From a phage: a DNA stretch of 64,000 bases. Of this stretch, positions 56,706-64,000 are shown one piece after another. The stretch lies in assembly GCA_033580375.1 (NCBI GenBank), contig GCA_033580375.1_4527.1. One strand, written 5' to 3'. The position numbers and the translations under genes are program-made. Numbering within the stretch: position 1 is the first letter of the stretch; each line of letters opens with the position of its first letter. A model generated the notes under the pieces. That model worked only from the letters and a program-made list of their open reading frames with translations, had not been told where the DNA came from and did not search any database.

Positions 56706-56978
56706 TTAGCAAGTGTGAGAAGATGCAACCCAACCGCCGTCTTCAAGGCTCAGGTTGTAGTCGTATTGGTAAACGTCAGCCCATTCAGCATAACCGTTTT
56801 TTGTACAACGTTCAAGATCGGCTTTAAGATGTCCAGGTGAATGATAGGTTCCACCCATACCATAAGCTGGATACAAGTCGAATGTTGTGTTTTGTTTATT
56901 AGCAATTTCTTTGGCTGCCTCAATAGCTGCATAGATTTTTGCTACGGCTTCAGCCAGTTCGGTTTGTTCTTTAGACAT
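56706..56978 (-). CDS. small protein, paralog family with C-terminal GWVSSS..C (member 2)
   Basis: 90 aa ending GGWVASSHTC. Confidence 0.45.
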   Translation of the reverse strand: MSKEQTELAEAVAKIYAAIEAAKEIANKQNTTFDLYPAYGMGGTYHSPGHLKADLERCTKNGYAEWADVYQYDYNLSLEDGGWVASSHTC

Positions 56979-56987
56979 AATGATTCC

Positions 56988-57293
56988 TTAGCACAATGCA
57001 GAAGAGGAAACCCAAGCACCTTCAGTAATAACGTAACCATTACCTTCACGCTTAACATCGCCACCATTATTTTCAATTTCATCTTTCATCCACTGGGATA
57101 CAATTTCACCCTTAGGATAATAAGTACGACCGCTACCATAATCACCTACAGAAAACGATACGGCGTATTGGTCTGCGATCTTTGTTGCTTCTTCTTCGAT
57201 ACGTTCAGCTTGATTCAGAAGTTTATAAATTGCATCTGAAGCGGATTTGGCATCATTAAACTCTGGTACTTTAATTTCGATAATCTTACTCAT
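56988..57293 (-). CDS. small protein, paralog family with C-terminal GWVSSS..C (member 1)
   Basis: 101 aa ending GAWVSSSALC. Confidence 0.45.
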   Translation of the reverse strand: MSKIIEIKVPEFNDAKSASDAIYKLLNQAERIEEEATKIADQYAVSFSVGDYGSGRTYYPKGEIVSQWMKDEIENNGGDVKREGNGYVITEGAWVSSSALC

Positions 57294-57649
57294 TTTCTAC
57301 ATTCCTTAATAAAGTTTTCGATTGTTTCATTTTCACGTTTAGCTAGGAGTTCATTATAACTAATCATTTGAGAAGCGTAAACCTTTTTATTTTTCTTGTT
57401 ATGGTTTATAAAATCGTAGTAAAAATAGACTACAGTACAAAATGATGCGATGGATGCAAAGGCTTGGGTATACCGTAAGTCCTGCCATTGGTCTGTGAAT
57501 CCACCAGTGTTCCCTATAAATCCTAACACAACGCCGTCAATAATAAATCCAACTAATCCAAAGGCAAATCCCATGCCAATACTCATAATAAAAATTAGAA
57601 TGTTCTCGCCAAGAGAAGGCCATACGGTTAAGAGTTGAGGCTTTTGCAT
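57290..57649 (-). CDS. membrane protein
   Basis: 119 aa with about three TM helices. Confidence 0.45.
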   Translation of the reverse strand: MQKPQLLTVWPSLGENILIFIMSIGMGFAFGLVGFIIDGVVLGFIGNTGGFTDQWQDLRYTQAFASIASFCTVVYFYYDFINHNKKNKKVYASQMISYNELLAKRENETIENFIKECRK

Positions 57650-58053
57650 CTTATTTCCTTAACGAATTCCATAGCTTCTTCATATTCATACTTTTTAACA
57701 GCTTCATCATACTGAGCTTGGGCTTTTGCGCACTGAACTTTCCATTCTCTTAATCGGGCTCTGTGATGACGGCCTTGGTGCCAATATCCGGCCCAATTAA
57801 TAGGCATTAATAAAAACGGTACAATAAGTGGTGCGACGAACATTAATGAAAACGCTGCATCAGACGATATAACTTTATTGGAATCTAAAATAGCTCCTAT
57901 AATCATAAAGATTAAAAATGCTAAAGCTAAAATAGGACCAAACAACACTTCATTTGGGATTAATTTACGCTTGTATTCATACGCCCAGGGCTTACTTGGC
58001 ATGTATAGGGTTGGCTTTGACATATTCTCTACATTCCATAATAAATTGCTCAA
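57628..58053 (-). CDS. membrane protein (start uncertain)
   Basis: 141 aa with two TM helices and basic C-terminus. Confidence 0.4.
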   Translation of the reverse strand: MSNLLWNVENMSKPTLYMPSKPWAYEYKRKLIPNEVLFGPILALAFLIFMIIGAILDSNKVISSDAAFSLMFVAPLIVPFLLMPINWAGYWHQGRHHRARLREWKVQCAKAQAQYDEAVKKYEYEEAMEFVKEIRCKSLNS

Positions 58054-58594
58054 GGATTAAATTGTTAGTGAAATTAGGACTAACAACCATAGTTTCATAA
58101 AGCGCATCAATAGCACTTAAAGCATCAACTCTTTTAAGCAAAGGCTTGCCTTCATACATAGTTTCAGAATCTACGATTAACGTAAAGTAATATTTTTTAT
58201 TATCGACTAGAACTTCAGTATCGATATAAAACATGTTAGACCTTAAAAGCTTATCTCTAAAACCATAATAATCTTCAGAGCGTTCGCTGATATATTCCCA
58301 TTCGGTGTTTAAACAACAAACAGACCACGTAGGAGCAACGAAATCAGTGAATCTAATATCATGGTCTGCAACTAGTTTAGCAATAGCTCCGATATCATTA
58401 ATCATAATACCTGGGGCTAATAAAGATTTTCTGCTATGGCTAGCCGTTTTCTCAGTAGTCTCATAAGAAGACGACCAGTACCATTTACGTCCAGTTGCAA
58501 CATATCGTAATGAATCAACTAAAGACGTAGGTGGATTTACCTTATCTCGGAACTCTTCGAACATTGAGTCAATATCATTATTTTGGTTTCGCAT
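57992..58594 (-). CDS. hypothetical protein
   Basis: ATG at 58594 with AAGGAG SD (track ORF starts further upstream on a non-ATG codon). Confidence 0.45.
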   Translation of the reverse strand: MRNQNNDIDSMFEEFRDKVNPPTSLVDSLRYVATGRKWYWSSSYETTEKTASHSRKSLLAPGIMINDIGAIAKLVADHDIRFTDFVAPTWSVCCLNTEWEYISERSEDYYGFRDKLLRSNMFYIDTEVLVDNKKYYFTLIVDSETMYEGKPLLKRVDALSAIDALYETMVVSPNFTNNLILEQFIMECREYVKANPIHAK

Positions 58595-58611
58595 GTTAAC
58601 TCCTTTATTAT

Positions 58612-58635
58612 CCAAAAGGAGGACCGGAGTCCTCC
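58612..58635 (-). terminator. rho-independent terminator
   Basis: minus RNA GGAGGAC-UCCG-GUCCUCC followed by UUUU. Confidence 0.55.
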
Positions 58636-58643
58636 GTATTATT

Positions 58644-59237
58644 TTATTTCAAAGAGTTAATATATTCTTGTACATCAGCAGAAGTGGTTTCGACACCAGC
58701 TGGAGCGCCATTGAACGTTTCAACACGAGTCAGAGTGTCTTCGATATCAACCTTAGTCAGTGCAGCGATTTCAATTACATCATCAGCCGTAGAGATACCA
58801 AGGGCATTGGCTGCTCGAGTTTCACGAATGTATTCGAGTTTGATTGCCAGGTTCTGACGAGCATCGTCAAGTTCAACCACCTTACGAGCAATTTCAATTC
58901 GCATAGCGGCATACCCGTCAGCTTTTGTATTAAGTTGTTCGGCAGTTCGACGATACAGAAGACCAAGCTTAGCATGCATGGTAACATCTTGTCCTTCAGC
59001 CAGGAGCTTACGAATTTCACGTTCTTTAGAAGCGGCTTGCTTGTTCTTTTCATTAACAAGTTCTCGAATACGTTTTTCTTCGTTAATAGATTTAACAGAA
59101 GCAGTTTTTAGTTCTTTGATTTGGGTAATCAACTTATCTGCGGCTGCGTTATACTGTTCTTCGACAGTCAGATTTTTAGCCATAGCAGTACCCAGTTTAG
59201 TGCGGATGAATTCAACAAGTTTCTTCAGTGTGTTCAT
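58644..59237 (-). CDS. PspA/IM30-like coiled-coil protein
   Basis: about 197 aa, all-helical heptad-rich sequence resembling phage-shock protein A. Confidence 0.4.
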   Translation of the reverse strand: MNTLKKLVEFIRTKLGTAMAKNLTVEEQYNAAADKLITQIKELKTASVKSINEEKRIRELVNEKNKQAASKEREIRKLLAEGQDVTMHAKLGLLYRRTAEQLNTKADGYAAMRIEIARKVVELDDARQNLAIKLEYIRETRAANALGISTADDVIEIAALTKVDIEDTLTRVETFNGAPAGVETTSADVQEYINSLK

Positions 59238-59307
59238 ATTATTACCTTTCAATTGGTGGTTTATTATCCAACGAGAGCATTATACTCTGCTCTCAAGAGT
59301 TTGTACA

Positions 59308-59535
59308 TTATTTTTTAATCAAATTGACATAAAACTCTGCGTCTTCCGGGTGCATGCCTTCGCAGTATTCTTCAACCATGAACTTCTTAACAGCTTCATA
59401 AGGACCACTCAGATTAAGCTCAGTTGTCCAAAACTTGGAATCTTGGGCTGAATCGATACGAACTTCAGGGTGACGGTTGCGAATAACTTCTTCGGTGTAT
59501 TCATAATCAACGACATCAATACTAACTTTAGCCAT
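59308..59535 (-). CDS. hypothetical protein
   Basis: 75-aa acidic ORF. Confidence 0.4.
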   Translation of the reverse strand: MAKVSIDVVDYEYTEEVIRNRHPEVRIDSAQDSKFWTTELNLSGPYEAVKKFMVEEYCEGMHPEDAEFYVNLIKK

Positions 59536-59602
59536 TTTGTTTCTCCTCTGTAGTTGATAAGTTTATAGTATCACCATCATTGGTGCTTGTACATCATTAT
59601 TT

Positions 59603-59935
59603 TTAATTTTTCCAACTTAACAACTTGTAGTGTCCTTCATTCGTACGAGGTTTATCCCAAGAAATACTAATATATGATTCGCTGTCAATAGAAGTCGCCG
59701 GGTTTTTCTCTACAGTAAGACCTTCGCTTTCCAGCCATTCAATAGTGTTTGCGCATAAATCAGAAGAACACCTCATTGGAAACTGACAAGATTTTTCACC
59801 TTTAGCTGCAGTGTTATACATCTTTTCTAAAATACGCTTTTGCACGTTTTTAAAAATAGTTTCAGCAGATTCTTCAGATTTTTTATTCAGTTCAGTATAA
59901 AGACTCATAACATTCTTCTCGTTAATAGGGCTCAT
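59603..59935 (-). CDS. hypothetical protein
   Basis: 110-aa ORF. Confidence 0.45.
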   Translation of the reverse strand: MSPINEKNVMSLYTELNKKSEESAETIFKNVQKRILEKMYNTAAKGEKSCQFPMRCSSDLCANTIEWLESEGLTVEKNPATSIDSESYISISWDKPRTNEGHYKLLSWKN

Positions 59936-59965
59936 AATATCTTAATCATGAGCCCATGTAAACAA

Positions 59966-60241
59966 TTATTTCATATTATTGAAATAATCTTCCGCATCAA
60001 AATCGTTATCATGATAAACTTTGGTAGACGATTTGGCGTAGCCTTCAGCTGAGAACATATTAATCACAACTTTAATTGTATACCACTGCCCGTCTTCATT
60101 ACCCATTACTGCGTAGGTTTCATACACTGGGTGTTCAGGTCCAATAACTTTAATATCATTCACCGTACGTCCGAAATCTTCTGGAACGCATTTCATAAAG
60201 AAGTTGAACAGTTCACCGTAATTATCCATTTCATTCTCCAA
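59966..60241 (-). CDS. hypothetical protein
   Basis: 91-aa acidic ORF. Confidence 0.4.
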   Translation of the reverse strand: MENEMDNYGELFNFFMKCVPEDFGRTVNDIKVIGPEHPVYETYAVMGNEDGQWYTIKVVINMFSAEGYAKSSTKVYHDNDFDAEDYFNNMK

Positions 60242-60371
60242 GGTTTTTCTGTATCGGTAGTTGATAGTTGTATAGTACCACGGAAGAACAGGGATGTAAA
60301 CAGTTTTGTGAAAAAAATTTTTAAAAAGTTTTGGGGAATTCTAGGACAGGGAGAGGAAAGGCCTAGATACC

Positions 60372-60398
60372 AAAAAGCCCTATCTAAATGATAGGGCT
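60372..60398 (-). terminator. rho-independent terminator
   Basis: minus RNA AGCCCUAUC-AUUUA-GAUAGGGCU followed by UUUUU. Confidence 0.55.
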
Positions 60399-60403
60399 TA
60401 AAA

Positions 60404-60967
60404 TTATTTACCTAGTTTAGTTATTATAGCTTCGGCAGCAGCTTTTAGCTTAGATGCAGTGTTAATACGATTTTTAATTTCAGTATACGCATCGCCAAGA
60501 ACATCAAGGCTATCAGAATAAACACTTACACTATTGCGTTCGCTATTTGAAATAGAACCTTTAGTTTTACGATCAAAATCAGTGTACACGTCTTGAAGAT
60601 CACGGGCTGCCTTCTTTGCATCATCCAATGCATCAAGAGCTTTATTCAAAGCATTGACATATTTTTTAGTGTCAAACATATTCTTAGAAATTTTAACAGG
60701 TGCACGTTCAGGAGTAGCTAAGGCGGATTTAGGAACCTGCGTGCCAGATGCCAGTTTCTTAGAAATTTTGAAAAACGCTTTATTGAAACTATTTTCTTGA
60801 CTCATCGTAAAAGAACTAGTATCGATGTTATACATTTCAATAGCTTTAGCTTTCCACTTAAGAAAATCGCCACGGTCTTTTGGATCCAAGTTGAAGAATA
60901 CTTTAGTAAGATCTGCTTCAGATGGTAATTTTGCTGCTTCGGTTAAAAATTCGGCGTAGGTTTTCAT
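60404..60967 (-). CDS. internal-protein-like (CTS-bearing) protein
   Basis: 187 aa; N-terminal MKTYAEFLTEA. Confidence 0.55.
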   Translation of the reverse strand: MKTYAEFLTEAAKLPSEADLTKVFFNLDPKDRGDFLKWKAKAIEMYNIDTSSFTMSQENSFNKAFFKISKKLASGTQVPKSALATPERAPVKISKNMFDTKKYVNALNKALDALDDAKKAARDLQDVYTDFDRKTKGSISNSERNSVSVYSDSLDVLGDAYTEIKNRINTASKLKAAAEAIITKLGK

Positions 60968-61056
60968 TTAAAATCCTTGAAATAATTTATCGGTTGGTTA
61001 TTAATTATTTATTACTTTGGTATTATCAGTAACAGCATTCTCTGAGAGATTCAAAC

Positions 61057-61085
61057 TAAAAAGCCCCAACCTTTCGGAAGGGGCT
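61057..61085 (-). terminator. rho-independent terminator (same hairpin as 44564..44592)
   Basis: AGCCCCAACCTTTCGGAAGGGGCT with A-run on plus = U-run on minus RNA. Confidence 0.6.
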
Positions 61086-61398
61086 AAGCCTTGCGGCGAC
61101 CTTGTCGGGGTTCCACCTGCTAAGGCAAGTGTTTGTACGAAACGCCGGGATTCGAACCCGGTTATTAAGCAGTTGACGCTACTCAATATTTTTAAAAGGC
61201 CATATCTCGACCATATCCGAACGTTCCGTCAAAAACGCTACTCGGCTTACGGCAAAGATATTTCCTCGAATCGATAATTCTGTGCGCCGTTTCTGCTGTG
61301 ATGTAAGGGGATATTAACGAATCATAAAGATTTATTAAGACCAGTCCTTACTCAGGGAACATCAGTCCGACGACTTGCCGGTAGCGACCCGGCTTCTC

Positions 61399-61743
61399 TT
61401 ATTTTGGCATATCATCAATTTGCTCTCTACGCCGACGCCATAGATTAATCGCTTCATAGGCACATTCTGCGTTTGGTATATGACGGCAATAATATAATGA
61501 TTCACGTTTCTGAAACCGATGTTGCAATGGGATTTCGTTTAAAAGGTCTTTACGATCAAAGTATTCAAAACTAGTTAACCCTGAACGGTTTTTAATGAAC
61601 TTCCAATGACCGAATTCATTTTGAACATAGATGTAATCAGCGTGTTGATAAAGTGAATTAATCAATCGGTCTGAAATAACTGTATCATGTTCGTTAAAAT
61701 AAAACGTTAAATCATGAACTACTAAATAGACATTACCTTTCAT
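61399..61743 (-). CDS. hypothetical protein (start trimmed so it does not overlap tRNA-Arg)
   Basis: ATG at 61743 with GAGGA SD; track ORF start 61791 would overlap the tRNA. Confidence 0.45.
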   Translation of the reverse strand: MKGNVYLVVHDLTFYFNEHDTVISDRLINSLYQHADYIYVQNEFGHWKFIKNRSGLTSFEYFDRKDLLNEIPLQHRFQKRESLYYCRHIPNAECAYEAINLWRRRREQIDDMPK

Positions 61744-61761
61744 ATTTTCCTCACTTATAAT

Positions 61762-61838
<77 letters not shown>

Positions 61839-61844
61839 AATATA

Positions 61845-61918
61845 TGACCCAGACCAGATTCGAACTGGTAACCTTTCCCTTATGAGGGGACTGCTACTAA
61901 CCGTTGAGCTACAGGGCC
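61845..61918 (-). tRNA. tRNA with CAU anticodon (Met or Ile2)
   Basis: hand-folded: T-arm ACCAG-TTCGAAT-CTGGT, anticodon loop CTCATAA, acceptor GGCCCTG/CTGGGTC with one mismatch; no encoded CCA. Confidence 0.55.
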
Positions 61919-61997
61919 TAAATAACTTTCTATTATGAAAGGCACTTTAGAGCACCTTTGGTAATAGAGGGTATGAGTTAATAATAACACATAATTC

Positions 61998-62513
61998 TTA
62001 AAGCAAATCAATCATTTTAACAGTCGGCAAAACGATTTCTTCTTCAATATAAGCAAATTCAACACATTCAACTACACGCAAGAAATCATAATCATAATAT
62101 TCAGAAGCATAGCCAAGAATATCAATGAGACCTTCTGATACTAAATATCCATTCTCACGGAACAGGTCAAATACACGTGATTCATCTTCTTCAGATTTAT
62201 TACCGAGGTCGACTTCAATATCAAAGACCTTTTTAATGAATTCTGGATAAAGCTGGTCTGAGAACAATCCTTCAACCAAGTATTCATAGATTAAAAGCGA
62301 GCAATCACTGAATGGTGTATTACCACAGTAACGTTCAGCTTTAGTGCTAGAATGACGACTCTTAAATTTCTTCAAAAGATATTTAAACTGTTGGAGCTCA
62401 TGCTCTTCCACTTCAAACAATGTTTTGGTTTTATAGTTGTCACCATCATTTTCATAGGTAGTGACATCAATTACATAACCCTTAGGAATTGTACTGCCTA
62501 AACAAATATTCAT
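61998..62513 (-). CDS. hypothetical protein
   Basis: 171-aa acidic ORF. Confidence 0.5.
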   Translation of the reverse strand: MNICLGSTIPKGYVIDVTTYENDGDNYKTKTLFEVEEHELQQFKYLLKKFKSRHSSTKAERYCGNTPFSDCSLLIYEYLVEGLFSDQLYPEFIKKVFDIEVDLGNKSEEDESRVFDLFRENGYLVSEGLIDILGYASEYYDYDFLRVVECVEFAYIEEEIVLPTVKMIDLL

Positions 62514-62517
62514 TTAC

Positions 62518-62808
62518 TCACCGTACCATATTAATGTAATTATATTCAATGCAACGTAATTTCAAAGGATTCTTGAAAATATCATATTCAAGAGGACCTT
62601 TTTCTGTTTCAATAAAGAAATCAAAGTTAACTGTATTAAATTTATCATCTTCACAGAGTAATTTAACTTGCGAAGATGAACGGTCGATATAAACCTTTTC
62701 AACCTCAAAGTTAGTCAGAATACCGTAGTCATCAACTAGTGCTTTAGCTGCACGTTGGTCGCTTTCGTATCCGTTCTCAATAGATGACACTTTAGCATAA
62801 AGAATCAT
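62518..62808 (-). CDS. hypothetical protein
   Basis: 96-aa ORF. Confidence 0.45.
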   Translation of the reverse strand: MILYAKVSSIENGYESDQRAAKALVDDYGILTNFEVEKVYIDRSSSQVKLLCEDDKFNTVNFDFFIETEKGPLEYDIFKNPLKLRCIEYNYINMVR

Positions 62809-63167
62809 GAATGTTCCACCACTTCAAAGCTATGAGCATCAACAATATGATACCAGTCAAAATTTTCTTCTGCGTTTTTATAAATTTCGCGAAGAGCTTC
62901 AACAGTTTTTCCTGTAGCAACAAGATCATCAATACCACCAAGAGGATAACAGTCATAACCAGCAAACAGAAGGAAATTAATAGTTTCTGTAGGTTCTGGA
63001 TGCAGAACACCGTTATCATCTACCACTTCAAAGAAAGTGTAAGAAGGAGTACAAGTTTTAATCCAAGCCCATGCTTGAGATGCCGAATCAAATGGTCTAC
63101 GTATCAAACGACAATCAGGGTCTTTAGAAGGATTTGCTTCAAAATCTGCATATACATGATATTTCAT
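62805..63167 (-). CDS. hypothetical protein
   Basis: 120-aa ORF; preferred over overlapping 62792..63019. Confidence 0.45.
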   Translation of the reverse strand: MKYHVYADFEANPSKDPDCRLIRRPFDSASQAWAWIKTCTPSYTFFEVVDDNGVLHPEPTETINFLLFAGYDCYPLGGIDDLVATGKTVEALREIYKNAEENFDWYHIVDAHSFEVVEHS

Positions 63168-63374
63168 TTACTCACCTTTTGCAATTTTATCCATAACAAT
63201 AGCGATTAAACCGATTAGAAATGCTACTACCAATGAGATAGAATTTTCGGTTGTTGTCAGTAGTCCGCAAATGAATCCTACAAACATCGAAAAACTAAAA
63301 GCCATTGAAGCAATTACTACAGCAACATTACGAATCAGTTCAGCGCGTTTCATTTTATTTCTCCATTTACTCAT
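63168..63374 (-). CDS. small membrane protein
   Basis: 68 aa, two TM helices. Confidence 0.45.
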   Translation of the reverse strand: MSKWRNKMKRAELIRNVAVVIASMAFSFSMFVGFICGLLTTTENSISLVVAFLIGLIAIVMDKIAKGE

Positions 63375-63388
63375 TTTGTTTTGATAGG

Positions 63389-63420
63389 ACTACTATAACA
63401 TATCCATATAGGCTTGTATA
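63389..63420 (-). promoter_or_regulatory. early promoter cassette (taggactactataacatatccatat)
   Basis: same -10-region cassette, -35 variant GTATAC. Confidence 0.45.
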
Positions 63421-63423
63421 CCT

Positions 63424-63687
63424 TTATTTCAAATATATTGCGTATTTTTTATAGCCACCAGGCTCATGTCGAAGACCTTTATCATTCGCAAAACGTTGAA
63501 TGTTATTGAACTGATTTTCGTCAAGTTCGGATGTGTCAAATATGAAAAAGTTTCGTTTGTTACCAAGCGTGATATGCGGAGTTAAGTCAATGTTATACAA
63601 ATTAAGAATATCAGCAATAACCTGATTGACCGCTTTGTTAATTTTCACACCAGACGATTCTGAGATGAATTCGTTGAAAGTTTTCAT
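63424..63687 (-). CDS. internal-protein-like (CTS-bearing) small protein, possibly IPI-like
   Basis: MKTFNEFISES from ATG 63687; located just past the tRNAs, where ipI lies in T4. Confidence 0.5.
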   Translation of the reverse strand: MKTFNEFISESSGVKINKAVNQVIADILNLYNIDLTPHITLGNKRNFFIFDTSELDENQFNNIQRFANDKGLRHEPGGYKKYAIYLK

Positions 63688-63712
63688 TTTAGGTTCCATT
63701 TGGTTGTTTTGT

Positions 63713-63750
63713 TAGGACTACTATAACATAGTCCTACAAAGATGTAAACT
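63713..63750 (-). promoter_or_regulatory. early promoter with TAGGACTA / TAGTCCTA inverted repeat
   Basis: ttaggactactataacatagtcctacaaagatgtaaac. Confidence 0.55.
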
Positions 63751-64000
63751 ATTTTATGCCTTTAGATGAAATAGTGTTCTGGCGTTTAACCCCAGTTTGT
63801 GAAAAATCATGGTTATCAATTTGGTCAACTCGCATAACACCAAACGCAGATTTAATTTTGGCCTTTGAACCTTTTTTGATACTAATTACCATATAAGTGT
63901 CATTTTTCTTATATTCGTAATTTGATACTTCAACGCCTTGATTAGAAATTGACTTAATAATAGCATTAGCGTATTCATCATCTAACGGGCCGTTAGTGTT
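63745..64000 (-). CDS. hypothetical protein, C-terminal fragment (start beyond window end)
   Basis: open frame from window edge to TAA at 63745 (...KGSKAKIKSAFGVMRVDQIDNHDFSQTGVKRQNTISSKGI). Confidence 0.4.

Noticed and set aside
61100-61180. Possible third tRNA around the TTCGAAT T-arm
   Set aside because: No acceptor stem or anticodon arm can be paired at tRNA spacing; kept as a finding (possible relic) rather than a feature.

Overview
This window is a T4-like (Tevenvirinae) myophage early/replication region, with almost every gene on the minus strand. The 903-aa family-B DNA polymerase at 17859..20570 reads as essentially the RB69 gp43 sequence known from crystal-structure work, so I take this to be RB69 or a very close relative. 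All calls are from reading the sequence and recalling T4/RB69 proteins from memory; no search was run. Conserved core in order: soc, 56 (dCTPase), 61 (primase), sp, dmd, 41, 40, uvsX, 42 (dCMP hydroxymethylase), 43, regA, 62, 44, 45, rpbA, 46, 47, 55, nrdH-like, nrdG, nrdD, 49, nrdC, tk, regB, ipII/ipIII-like, denV, e, nudE, then two tRNAs. The most interesting feature is the block between uvsX and gene 43 (11270..17818): where T4 carries beta-gt, this phage has gene 42 followed by a predicted NDP-sugar pathway (SIS sugar-phosphate isomerase, fused nucleotidyltransferase/kinase, small HAD phosphatase) and two unassigned proteins; no alpha-gt is present between 47 and 55. This fits a 5-hydroxymethylcytosine sugar modification other than glucose (arabinosyl-hmC has been reported for RB69). 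Other notable items: a GrcA-like glycyl-radical gene whose 3' half looks host-derived, six paralogous internal-protein-like genes sharing the MKTY.EF capsid-targeting N-terminus, a macro-domain protein, a tandem trio of small proteins with a conserved GWVSSS..C C-terminus, and many repeated early-promoter cassettes whose inverted repeats can sequester the downstream Shine-Dalgarno.
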